Source of the DNA: a virus
Direction: 5' to 3' (one strand)
Virus record (IMG/VR): IMGVR_UViG_3300047311_000868
Coordinates: 1 to 49,072 of that record
Length of the DNA stretch: 49,072 nucleotides
Each line of letters begins with the position of its first letter. Within the stretch, counting starts at the first letter, position 1. The notes under the pieces are model-generated. The model was not told the DNA's origin, did no database searches, and saw nothing but the letters and a program-made list of their open reading frames with translations. Positions 8,056 to 17,234 of the stretch are shown piece by piece. A program made the translations under genes and the position numbers.

Positions 8056-9947
8056 GCAATCCGTACGCGGATAATACCTCGCAGTACCTCGACCAGCTGA
8101 ACAACATCCACAGCATGGTTCAGGCGCAGTCTCAGCAGGCGATGGATGCGACGCAACCACCAAAGGCGAGTACTGAACCCGTTGGTGGTAGCGTACAGAT
8201 GACCAGTGCGAGTTCATACCCTGCTGGTACGCCGAACATCGGCGCAAGTGCGAGTAATGCTCAGGTTAATAACGCCACAAACCAAGGTAGGAGTTTCGAC
8301 CCCAACTACGAGATGAGTGTGTTGAATAGCTGGGCCGACCAACCTGGCGTCAATCCAAGTATCCGCAACGACCCCAACTATTGGATGACGAGGATAAACC
8401 AAACTGGGGGATTGGGCCAGGACAACCTCGACTACTGGAATGGGCTTGCCCACCGGCCGGAAGGAGCGCCGGAAGGAGGCAACTTCCAAAATGGCCAGTG
8501 GAATCCTTCGCAAGGACAGCCGTACGGGGGCGTTAGTTGGAACGCGGGCGTGCCGCAAGACCTAACGCAGTTGCGGAGTACGGTTGGTCAGTACCTCAAC
8601 GCGAACTTCAACCAGGGCCCTACTCCCTACGGTGGGACCTTCAACCTCGGCATGCCGATGGGTGCTGCGGGTGTGATGGGCAACTCCGCAAATATGGTTG
8701 GGGCTGCAGGTGGTATCCTCAACCAGGGTCTTGGCACGCTTGGCAACCTGTCCAACTTCTCTGCTAGTAGTGATATGTCCCCGTTGATGTCGACGTTGGG
8801 TATTTTACTTGGTGGTGGTAACACCATGCAGAACATCCAACCGGGCGTACAGAGTATGCTACAGGGAGGGTTGGGAGCGGGTCAGCTTGGCGCGGCTGGG
8901 ATGGGGGCTGCGAACATCGCAGCTACTGGTGGTGCACCTATCCAACAGCTGTTGCAAAGCCTGCAGGCGATTCAAACCCAAGGGCAGGGGAATATTGGCC
9001 GTAACCTCGCACAGATTAGGGAACAGTATAGTGCGCAGGGATTGGGGCAAGGGTCTGACGTAAACAACGCCATGGCCTTGGGTGCGACGCAAGGCCAACA
9101 GGGAATTGAGGCACAGCAGAGTGCGTTGTTGACGAGCATCCTCCAGCAGGCCTCGCAAACACAACTTGGTGGTATCAACGCGTTGGGGAATATTGGTGGC
9201 GCCCTCAACCAATCACAAAATGCAGGGTTGCAGGCGTTGTTGCAGGGGAGTGGGATCCAACAGCAAGGGATGTTGGGAGGCCTACAGCAGGGCCAGTCCA
9301 TCATCAACCAACCAGTGCAGAATGCGTTGGCGTCTGCCGGGATTAACCTCGGCGCGGCTTCGCAGTATGGTAATTACGCCAATGCCCTAACAAATGCGTA
9401 TGGGACTAGTAATCAAGGTTACGGTCAGATTGCAGGCCTTAACCAAAACGCTAACCTCTACACCAACCAACAGGGGTATCAGGACTTCCTCCGCATGCAG
9501 GGTCTAACCCCCCAACAGCAAGCAGCCATGCAGTATAGTACCGCATTCCCGCCACTGCAAAACCAACTACCAAGTACGGGTGCGCAGTTGGGAAGTAGTG
9601 CGTTAGCCGCAGGCGGAAGTATTCTTGCAAGCATCCTCCCCTTCATGCTCTTCTCCGACCAAAACTCGAAGACGGGTGCGCAGTCTGTAAATGACCCGTT
9701 CTCCGTCTTGTCGGATAGGAGGGAGAAAGAGAAGATCACTCCGTTTAGAAGGAAACTTGAGGCACTACCCATCAGTACGTGGTTTTATAAAGGGGATGAT
9801 GTGAAGCACATCGGTCCGATGGCACAGGACTTTAAGCGCACTTTTGGGGTGGGCAGCGATCATGTTATTTACCCCGTTGACGTGTTGGGGGTGTTGTTGC
9901 AGACGCAGAAAGAAATGTCAGCCGCGTTGGCGGATAGGGGCATCTAA
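8007..9947 (+). CDS. Q/N/G-rich low-complexity virion protein with C-terminal intramolecular-chaperone (Peptidase S74-like) domain
   Basis: The C-terminus SDRREKEKITPF..LPISTWFYKGDDVKHIGPMAQDFKRTFG matches the endosialidase-chaperone signature (SD.R.K.nI...........y.y.......h.G.iAQe). About 400 aa upstream are almost free of charged residues. SD ggagg lies before the ATG. Confidence 0.75.
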   Translation: MAASGSPDDFFGTSYLSNPYADNTSQYLDQLNNIHSMVQAQSQQAMDATQPPKASTEPVGGSVQMTSASSYPAGTPNIGASASNAQVNNATNQGRSFDPNYEMSVLNSWADQPGVNPSIRNDPNYWMTRINQTGGLGQDNLDYWNGLAHRPEGAPEGGNFQNGQWNPSQGQPYGGVSWNAGVPQDLTQLRSTVGQYLNANFNQGPTPYGGTFNLGMPMGAAGVMGNSANMVGAAGGILNQGLGTLGNLSNFSASSDMSPLMSTLGILLGGGNTMQNIQPGVQSMLQGGLGAGQLGAAGMGAANIAATGGAPIQQLLQSLQAIQTQGQGNIGRNLAQIREQYSAQGLGQGSDVNNAMALGATQGQQGIEAQQSALLTSILQQASQTQLGGINALGNIGGALNQSQNAGLQALLQGSGIQQQGMLGGLQQGQSIINQPVQNALASAGINLGAASQYGNYANALTNAYGTSNQGYGQIAGLNQNANLYTNQQGYQDFLRMQGLTPQQQAAMQYSTAFPPLQNQLPSTGAQLGSSALAAGGSILASILPFMLFSDQNSKTGAQSVNDPFSVLSDRREKEKITPFRRKLEALPISTWFYKGDDVKHIGPMAQDFKRTFGVGSDHVIYPVDVLGVLLQTQKEMSAALADRGI

Positions 9948-11590
9948 TGGCTCAGCAAACACTCGAAGATAGGACTAACGCTGCGTTGTACGGCAGTGCG
10001 ATTCGTGCCATTGGGAATGATATTGGTGAGTCGTTCACTCGCAGTCTCGCGATGTTGCAGGCGAGTAAGGGTAAGGAAGGGGAGTTACGGCAGGAGGGGT
10101 TACAGAAGCTGTATGAGTGGGTGAAGAACACTCCCCCCGAACAGAGGAAGGTTTTATTGTCCGACCCCGCGTTCAGGGCGAACATCCTCAAGATGATCGA
10201 CCCTCACCTCAACCCTTTTCAGAGGAAGGGCAAGGAGCAGCAGTCAGCAATAAGTGAAGAGTCGTTGAAGGCGTTGGGTCCTCAAACTCCCGAGGAGGCA
10301 CTTGCCATTCGCGAGAAGACAGCGAAGGTGGGCGAGGCCGAGTCGGCGGCGAAGCTTAAGGAGACTGAGGCGAATGTCGCCGCGTATAAGGAACAGTTTC
10401 AGACGGGGAAGACGAAGCCGTCTGCGATGGACCTTATCACGAACTTCGAGTTTAAGGACCCAATTGCCGCTGCCCTCGCCACGTCTATTCCTGCGGAGGA
10501 TTTGAAGAACATTGCCCTCGCCCAGCACAAAATGGGCCCAATCTACGAACAAACTCAAGTGCAGGATTGGTATAAGTGGGGGATGAGTCAGGGTTTCAGT
10601 CCTGGCCTGTCTTTCGCAACCGCAACTGCAATCAGCAAGGGCGAGTGGGATAAAGTTCCCACGCAATGGATGAATCCCGATACGGGGAAGGTGCAGCCTG
10701 TTCGGGGAGAGGCGGAACGCAAACTCGCACTTGACACGATGAATGCCAACACCCAGATGAAGAGTGTGCAAAACACAATTGAGAGTAGTATTGCGACTGC
10801 AACAATGCAGTTGGTGGAGAAGGGTGTACCTCCAGACCAGGCGAGGGCGAATGTGATGGCAATGAGACAGGGCAAGCCCCTCCCCTTCGCCATGCCGCAA
10901 ATCACCGATGCACTTGCGTTAGTTACGGCCGCGAAGAATGTGGAGATTCAGAAGAACGTCCAGACGATCCTCAACGACAAGAACAACGCGATTCGCGAGT
11001 CGTTGAACACAATGTTGTCGACGTATAAGGGCATTTCCGGGACGGTGATGAACAGTGCCCAGGCGAAGGATTTGGAGGATAAGATCAACGCGACGGTGGA
11101 GGGGTTGACGCAAAACCTCTCCGGCAAGTATGGGTTGAAGTTCCAGTCGTATGAGGAACTCCACACCTTCATGCCGACGGTGAAAGCTGCAGTTGCTGCG
11201 ACTTGGAATGGTATGAAGGCGGCGGGCGCCTTCCCAATTGACGTAGATAAGCAGATCCTCGATGCAATCGACAAGCACATCGGGGTGAATGAGCCACCAC
11301 AACCTGCGCCCGACTTCATTCCAGGTGGAGTTATTGGTAGTGCGAAGCCTGGCTCTGCCCTGCCGTCGATAACCAAGCCGAAGGCAGAGATGACACCCGA
11401 TATGGAGAAGGTTATTCGTGGTATCCACGAGAGTGTACAGACGGCGTTGAGGGATCCTGCTGTTACGGTTGATCAGAGAAATAAGTTGCAGCAGTATATA
11501 GATGAGAGGGTGAATCCCGTAATCGCCGACCCTTCGAGGTTTCAGGAACTCCTTCTTTCCCCCACTAACGCTTTAGGTGCGGAGCAGTAA
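9947..11590 (+). CDS. Hypothetical virion protein (possible internal/ejection protein)
   Basis: 547-aa ORF whose start overlaps the upstream stop (TAATG). It is helical and charged, with no motif recognised. The role is inferred from position only. Confidence 0.6.
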   Translation: MAQQTLEDRTNAALYGSAIRAIGNDIGESFTRSLAMLQASKGKEGELRQEGLQKLYEWVKNTPPEQRKVLLSDPAFRANILKMIDPHLNPFQRKGKEQQSAISEESLKALGPQTPEEALAIREKTAKVGEAESAAKLKETEANVAAYKEQFQTGKTKPSAMDLITNFEFKDPIAAALATSIPAEDLKNIALAQHKMGPIYEQTQVQDWYKWGMSQGFSPGLSFATATAISKGEWDKVPTQWMNPDTGKVQPVRGEAERKLALDTMNANTQMKSVQNTIESSIATATMQLVEKGVPPDQARANVMAMRQGKPLPFAMPQITDALALVTAAKNVEIQKNVQTILNDKNNAIRESLNTMLSTYKGISGTVMNSAQAKDLEDKINATVEGLTQNLSGKYGLKFQSYEELHTFMPTVKAAVAATWNGMKAAGAFPIDVDKQILDAIDKHIGVNEPPQPAPDFIPGGVIGSAKPGSALPSITKPKAEMTPDMEKVIRGIHESVQTALRDPAVTVDQRNKLQQYIDERVNPVIADPSRFQELLLSPTNALGAEQ

Positions 11591-14500
11591 ATGCCCGACC
11601 AGATGCCGTCTCTTGCCGAGTTACAGAAGCAGACTGCCGACGCGCTTGCTTCGCTGCAAACGCCGGATAACGTCCAACCACCACAGCGTCCTCTCTCCGA
11701 CGTAATAGCCGACACGACAAAGGCCTTTGAGTCGGCGAGGGATCCGAGGGACACTGCAAAGCGGGCGAGGGACGTACGCATGCAGACGCCCGATTTGTCT
11801 GCCACGCCCTCCCAAACAGTCACAGCCATGGCCACCGGCCTTGGTGCGGGGTTGGTGAAGGGGTTGTTTAGTCCCGTCTCAGCGTTTATGCCTGACGCCT
11901 TCAACGAGCAGTTGGACCTTTGGGAGGAGGATAGTACTCGTAAAGCGCTTGGCATGATGGCGCGTTCGCAGTATAAGACAACATACGACGCCTCCCCCAC
12001 CATGAAGGGCGTACTTGCAAACGCGCCCGGCACAGTTGGTGATATTGGCGGGATGCTTATCCCCTTCGCAGGTACGTACGAGGCTGCGAGGAGTGCGTTC
12101 AAGGTCGGGGAAGCTGCTACGCTCACAGCGAAGATGGCCCGGACGATGATGGCCGCGGGTAGTACTGGTGGGTTGTTAAGTGCGGCTGCGAAACTCGACC
12201 CTGGTGAGAGTCGGTGGGGGAAGATTGCCACGGACAGTGTTGCGATGGGCGCTTTTGAGATGGTGGGGATACCCGCCATGTTAAAGGCGTGGAAGGAGGA
12301 GTCGCCTTCTCTCGCAAAGGGCCTGCTCGCCAAGACCGGGATGGAGTCGAAGGAGTTGGAGGCGCAGCTAACCGCAGTAAGGGCAGGGGTACCCGCAGAT
12401 GAGAAGGTCCTCGACGCAGTCCTCAACCATGCAAAAGGCAACCCAGAGTTGGAGCAGACTCCTATCGTCCTCCAAGCCGCGAAACAGAAAGAAGCGAAGC
12501 GGAAGCTTACCCAACCGAAGACGGTGCTTGATCCGCTTTTGGCCAGTGAGGATGTAACCCACGCAGCGCAGGTGAAGGTGACCGTAGGGGACCAACCACC
12601 AACGACTGTTAATATTACGAGGGACCCCGGCAACCCCCAACACTTCACAAACCAGGTGAATGGGTTACGGACGCAGCTGAAAACCCTCACCGACCAGGGA
12701 GTGGATATTAAAGTAACAGACGTGGTGAGTGGTAATGCCGAAGATGCGAACGAGGTTCTTAAGGCTTTGCAGGGGAAGACAGTCAAGCCTCCCAATCCGG
12801 ATAAGGCGAAGAGGAAAGTACCTGGTGCTGCTCCTCCTGCGTCTGTGGCGGAGAATGGCGATGTTCCCGTTGTAGGGGATAAAGTAACGGTGGCGGAGCC
12901 CGACAAACCGTTACAACAGGGAGTCGTGGCGAGTAAGGCGTTAGCGGATGTGCGCGACCAGAGGGTGACGAACATCGGCCCTCCTCCCGGCGTGACTGAC
13001 CGCCGAATGGATGAGTTGGTGCAGAAGTTTGGGGGTACGCAAACAGTAGAGAGTGCCCCACCCGTATCTGCTACGGCTCCGCCTCCTCTAAAGGCTACGG
13101 GCAGGGCGAGTAGGAAGGCAGATGCCGTTGCGATGGCGGCGGAGCAGTCTACGGTAAGGGTAACGATGCCCGACGCTACTATGAGGGACGTGCCGCTCGC
13201 GCAGATACAAACTCCCCTGACAGTGGGCGTGAAGCAGTCGATGACGTTGAAGCCCCACCTGGACGGCTCTGACAGACACGCAATCATCCACCTCAACGAC
13301 AACCTAATAAGCTTTGAGGGGAGAGGGGCTAGTAAGGACCCTGGTAGTAACTATTTTCGAAGTGAACTGTTTCCGAATACCAACCCCGACGCTCCTTTCG
13401 GACAGGACCCGAGGCTGTTTATCCACAACGACGGTGGGCTGACAATTAGTGTAAATAAACTGGAAGGTCAGGCTGATCTTGTTACCCAAAAGCGAGCAGC
13501 AAAACTCCTCATTGATCACGGCGTTAGTGCTGATACTCCTGTTGCTGTTGCTAGCGCTATTACTGAACATAGCCCTGGACTTGCGAGCGATAAGGGGCGA
13601 CTTCGAGATTTGGCAACTGCTGAACTCCCGTTAGCCAACATGTCGAAGTTGTCAGAAGACGCTGCGAATAGGGGACTCACCGCAACACCCTTTGGTGATA
13701 AGGTTACGCTGAAGAGTAGGAATGGCTTCAGCCGAACCTTCGCGAATTCCCTCGAAGCGCATGAGGCGGTTTTGCGAATGCCGCTCGCCGAGAATAACGT
13801 GAAGGTGGAGGCCGAGTTGGAGAAGGCTTGGAAGATGGGGAGTGAGAGGGCGTGGGACCCTGACGTGGATGTAACGAAGTACGTCCCCCTCGCCCAGCAA
13901 GAACAAGGCCTAACGGAAGTGGCTCAGGGCAAAAGGCCTCTCACTCCCGTCTACACCACCGATGGGGAGGCGTTGACGTCGACAATACGGCAGTTGGAAA
14001 AGAACATGGGCGTGCCTGAGAATACGTTCCGGGTTCAATTCCTCCCTGCGATGGATGATGTGAAGAGAAAAGCCGCGGTTATATACAACAACGATGCGGT
14101 TGCCCTCGCCGCGGCGAAGAACCGTTCCTCGCTCACCTATCTCGGGGTGACTGCTAAGGATCCTGCCGCGATCCTCCAACAGCTAAGTACAAAAGGAAAG
14201 GGGCATGGTATATTTGTCCTGGCGGGACGAGATGCTGAGAGTGCGGCGTTGTATGCGAAGTGGCGGGAGCAGGGTAGTAAAGAGTTGTGGGAGACTGGTA
14301 GAATTGAAGCAGACGCCTTGGGGCCCTATCGGCGTTATAGTAAGCAAGCGAAATCCGTTATCAACTACCCCGGGGCAGGAGATGAGCAGTACTTCCCAAC
14401 CGACATCTCCGACATTCAAAAGCCACCTGAAGGGGTTTCTTTCACGCCTGCGGACGCTCGTAAACCACCTATGTGGGAACCACTAGCGGAATTTGAACCC

Positions 14501-16411
14501 GACCTGTCTTTTGGTAAGGGTAAGCCATCATACGACCTAGAACACCTTCCTCCCGAAGGGGAGGTGAGGGATACATCCGGACCTGTTGCGAAGGTGTTGG
14601 GCCAGAGGCTCCGTCCCATGTTGGAGCTGAGTAAAGACATGTCGGTTAGGACGGGCGTGCCCTTCTACGACTGGTACAGGGCGATTGAGAATGGAAGGAA
14701 TAAGGTCGAGCAGGTTGTCAACCCTCTCCTGGAGGGTGTGAGGGACCTCGCCAAGCCGCTAACAAGGAATGAACGAAAGCAAGTACAGTTATATTTCGAA
14801 GCGAGTATCAGTGAGCTTCCCATTGGTGAACTTGAAAAGAAGCTTCCAGCAAAGGTGAAGGAAGCTGCGTCGAACCTGAAAGATGTGTACTCTAACTTCT
14901 TTCAAAGCCAAGGCTTCAGTCAAGGCGATGTGAAGAGTTTCTTCAGCATCTTCCCGGAGCTCCGTAAGGCTGATGGAGAATTCCGCTACGCGATGAAGGG
15001 CGGGACCGGCATTCCTAAAATCGGGCAGTTGCTTAGTAAAGACCTGGACAACGGTATCCTCAACATAGATAGTCGGGAGTTTGACTTCCAGAGGATAGCC
15101 AACAGGTTGATTAGGAGTACCGCAACTGAAAAGTACCTGCAACCCTCTTGGGAGCGGGTGTCCACTGAGCTTGAGGCGTACACGCAAGCTAAGAGGATTA
15201 GTAAGGACGTGCGGGAGACCTTCGTGCAGTATATGTCGGAAGTTTTGCATATGCCTGATACCCTGCAGGTGTCATTGGCGCGAGCGACCAAGCAGGTCTT
15301 CGGCAAGCTTGGCGGGAGGGTGTCCGACGCGGAAGCTCAAGACGTCGTCTCCATGTTTGTACAGATGAACTACTTCGCCAACATGGCCTGGAAACCTGGG
15401 ATAGCCATGCGCAACCTGCTTCAGACACTCCAAACCTCCCTCCCGATTATAGGAACGAAGGATACCATGGAGGGTTGGAGAATCGGGATGAAGTGGTGGA
15501 AAGATCCCAAACTCCAGGAGGAAATGGTCCGCCGAGGGGTTGTCGAGCCAAACGGCATCTACGAGCCACTGCAAGAGCTGCAGAGCCTCACCAGGGGAGT
15601 AAGTGGTGCCGCAGGCAAAGGTCTTGACGTATTCCTCAACCAGGGCACGAAATGGCATGCGAACACCGACCAGTTCAACAAAGTAGTCGCATACTGGGGC
15701 CAGTTTAACCGTGCCAAAAGGGTAGGCCAGGAGTACCTCGACAAAAAAATCGACTTTAGCACGTTCCTCGAGAAGAGCCGCCTCGACATGCGGGACGCTC
15801 CCAATGGGCCTTTTGTCCAAAAGATTAAGACCCTTCTTGACGCGGGGAAGTTGGACGCAATGGCGGATGTTGGTGGAAAAGAGTTCGCTCAGAGTACGCA
15901 GTTTGTTTACAGCCGGGGGAATGCTCCGTATGTGATGCAGTCAACGCTAGGGCGGTTCCTTCTTCAGTACGGTACGTGGCCCGCATGGTATGGCGAGAAC
16001 CTTCGCAACATGCTAGCGAGAGGGTCGTACAAGAATAGAATTGGCGCCCTAGCCCGGTGGACAGGTGTTCAATCAGCAATGTTTGGCACCGCAAATGCGC
16101 TATTTGGCGTCGATCTTGCTCGTTGGACATTCTTTGCGCCTTTGGGTTATACGGGAGGTCCGGCAGCACAAATGGCTATGCAGGGGGCTTCTACGTTAAA
16201 CGCAACACTCGACCCGAGTACAAACGATCCGGTTGCGAGAATTAACAAAGCGAGGTTTGAACACTCCCTCACCCACCAAGCTTTACCCCTACCCATGGGC
16301 GCCGCAACAGACTTCATGCGGACGTACAACTCCATGACGAGGGGCAATTGGCAGGATGCGGCGAGGCAGTTTATTGGCATGCCGACTGCCAAAGGTAGCC
16401 TCATTCCTTAA
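11591..16411 (+). CDS. Giant 1606-aa virion protein (internal/ejection or tape-measure-like; function unassigned)
   Basis: Uninterrupted 4.8-kb ORF with its ATG 1 nt after the upstream TAA. The C-terminal part has Gly/Ala-rich hydrophobic segments (GVQSAMFGTANALFGVDLARWTFFAPLGYTGGPAAQMAMQGAS). No catalytic motif seen. Confidence 0.7.
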   Translation: MPDQMPSLAELQKQTADALASLQTPDNVQPPQRPLSDVIADTTKAFESARDPRDTAKRARDVRMQTPDLSATPSQTVTAMATGLGAGLVKGLFSPVSAFMPDAFNEQLDLWEEDSTRKALGMMARSQYKTTYDASPTMKGVLANAPGTVGDIGGMLIPFAGTYEAARSAFKVGEAATLTAKMARTMMAAGSTGGLLSAAAKLDPGESRWGKIATDSVAMGAFEMVGIPAMLKAWKEESPSLAKGLLAKTGMESKELEAQLTAVRAGVPADEKVLDAVLNHAKGNPELEQTPIVLQAAKQKEAKRKLTQPKTVLDPLLASEDVTHAAQVKVTVGDQPPTTVNITRDPGNPQHFTNQVNGLRTQLKTLTDQGVDIKVTDVVSGNAEDANEVLKALQGKTVKPPNPDKAKRKVPGAAPPASVAENGDVPVVGDKVTVAEPDKPLQQGVVASKALADVRDQRVTNIGPPPGVTDRRMDELVQKFGGTQTVESAPPVSATAPPPLKATGRASRKADAVAMAAEQSTVRVTMPDATMRDVPLAQIQTPLTVGVKQSMTLKPHLDGSDRHAIIHLNDNLISFEGRGASKDPGSNYFRSELFPNTNPDAPFGQDPRLFIHNDGGLTISVNKLEGQADLVTQKRAAKLLIDHGVSADTPVAVASAITEHSPGLASDKGRLRDLATAELPLANMSKLSEDAANRGLTATPFGDKVTLKSRNGFSRTFANSLEAHEAVLRMPLAENNVKVEAELEKAWKMGSERAWDPDVDVTKYVPLAQQEQGLTEVAQGKRPLTPVYTTDGEALTSTIRQLEKNMGVPENTFRVQFLPAMDDVKRKAAVIYNNDAVALAAAKNRSSLTYLGVTAKDPAAILQQLSTKGKGHGIFVLAGRDAESAALYAKWREQGSKELWETGRIEADALGPYRRYSKQAKSVINYPGAGDEQYFPTDISDIQKPPEGVSFTPADARKPPMWEPLAEFEPDLSFGKGKPSYDLEHLPPEGEVRDTSGPVAKVLGQRLRPMLELSKDMSVRTGVPFYDWYRAIENGRNKVEQVVNPLLEGVRDLAKPLTRNERKQVQLYFEASISELPIGELEKKLPAKVKEAASNLKDVYSNFFQSQGFSQGDVKSFFSIFPELRKADGEFRYAMKGGTGIPKIGQLLSKDLDNGILNIDSREFDFQRIANRLIRSTATEKYLQPSWERVSTELEAYTQAKRISKDVRETFVQYMSEVLHMPDTLQVSLARATKQVFGKLGGRVSDAEAQDVVSMFVQMNYFANMAWKPGIAMRNLLQTLQTSLPIIGTKDTMEGWRIGMKWWKDPKLQEEMVRRGVVEPNGIYEPLQELQSLTRGVSGAAGKGLDVFLNQGTKWHANTDQFNKVVAYWGQFNRAKRVGQEYLDKKIDFSTFLEKSRLDMRDAPNGPFVQKIKTLLDAGKLDAMADVGGKEFAQSTQFVYSRGNAPYVMQSTLGRFLLQYGTWPAWYGENLRNMLARGSYKNRIGALARWTGVQSAMFGTANALFGVDLARWTFFAPLGYTGGPAAQMAMQGASTLNATLDPSTNDPVARINKARFEHSLTHQALPLPMGAATDFMRTYNSMTRGNWQDAARQFIGMPTAKGSLIP

Positions 16412-16814
16412 TCTCCTCCTTCACATCCAAAGGGGCTTCTGTTGGCGGGTTAGTCCCTTGGGCCACGGCAGCAGACGCAGCACGAAGACCCTTAACTGTC
16501 GTCCCCATCTTATAGTACAGACGGTGATATAACGCTTGTGGTTTGATTCCCCTCTTCTCCGCGGCACGCCGTATACCCAGATTCGTAACATCATCAATCA
16601 GCTCTCTGTCAATGACGGTTTTGACGTTGTTAGCGCCACCGCGACTCTTCTTCACTATCTGAAAATGGTCGATCCTCCCCCGCACGTTGTTGATCCCCTT
16701 GTTGAACTTCTTCGCTAGCTGCGAGAGGCTCTGCTTCGGGTACAGGTCCTGCCACATCTCCTTCTCCCCCGGGTAGTTCAGACTCGCCGCCACCGCTTCC
16801 CATTCTGACTGCAT
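16401..16814 (-). CDS. Putative HTH DNA-binding protein
   Basis: 137 aa with SD ggag 5 nt before the ATG. HTH-like stretches are SLSQLAKKFNKGINNVRGRI and GIRRAAEKRGIKPQALYHRL. GC3-rich codons support this frame in the overlap with 16630..17052. Confidence 0.6.
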   Translation of the reverse strand: MQSEWEAVAASLNYPGEKEMWQDLYPKQSLSQLAKKFNKGINNVRGRIDHFQIVKKSRGGANNVKTVIDRELIDDVTNLGIRRAAEKRGIKPQALYHRLYYKMGTTVKGLRAASAAVAQGTNPPTEAPLDVKEEIKE

Positions 16815-17052
16815 TATCTTCTCCCTTATTCACAAGGCTGATTGTGTATATGCCGGTTTGTTTGTTGAAGTCGATGCTTATTTGGTCGTCTTCCGTAACC
16901 TTTGCTGCGTTGACGTAGCTGACTGTGAGTGCGCCAAGTTCGTGGATGACCGCTGCGAGCGCACGGCCCATCCTACTCGCTGAAAGTCGGAGTTGTTTAT
17001 TCTCCTCCGCACAAGCGTGTAGGCGAGCTTTTGTCTTACTTCCCATATCCAT
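16630..17052 (-). CDS. Hypothetical protein; 3' 185 nt overlaps the next gene out of frame
   Basis: The ATG at 17052 overlaps the upstream TGA (TGATG). The N-terminal ~80 aa look coding. The acidic low-complexity tail (GGGESELPGGEGDVAGPVPEAEPL...) lies in the overlap, so the true 3' end is uncertain. Confidence 0.45.
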   Translation of the reverse strand: MDMGSKTKARLHACAEENKQLRLSASRMGRALAAVIHELGALTVSYVNAAKVTEDDQISIDFNKQTGIYTISLVNKGEDNAVRMGSGGGESELPGGEGDVAGPVPEAEPLAASEEVQQGDQQRAGEDRPFSDSEEESRWR

Positions 17053-17234
17053 CAATGCACCTCTTCCTTCTTAGTGGGCGGCATCTCCGTTTTGCTCTCT
17101 GTCCCCTGCTCTACGTAGTCGAAAGCCTGCACCACCACCTTGCAGGACGGGCAGGAGTAGTGAGTGTAGGTCCGACCGAAAACATTGACGTAAGCACAAA
17201 TTGGACACATATACTCGTATTTCACTTCGACCAT
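17052..17234 (-). CDS. Small zinc-ribbon protein
   Basis: Internal Met43 of ORF 17052..17360 with SD ggaagg. MVEVKYEYMCPICAYVNVFGRTYTHYSCPSCKVV has CxxC...CxxC. Confidence 0.55.
   Translation of the reverse strand: MVEVKYEYMCPICAYVNVFGRTYTHYSCPSCKVVVQAFDYVEQGTESKTEMPPTKKEEVH

Noticed and set aside
11542-13302. 586-aa minus-strand ORF antisense to the 5' part of the 1606-aa gene
   Set aside because: The product is Ser/Thr/Ala/Cys/Gly-rich with low complexity. It has no plausible start context. The sense frame is continuous for 4.8 kb with normal composition, so this is a shadow ORF.
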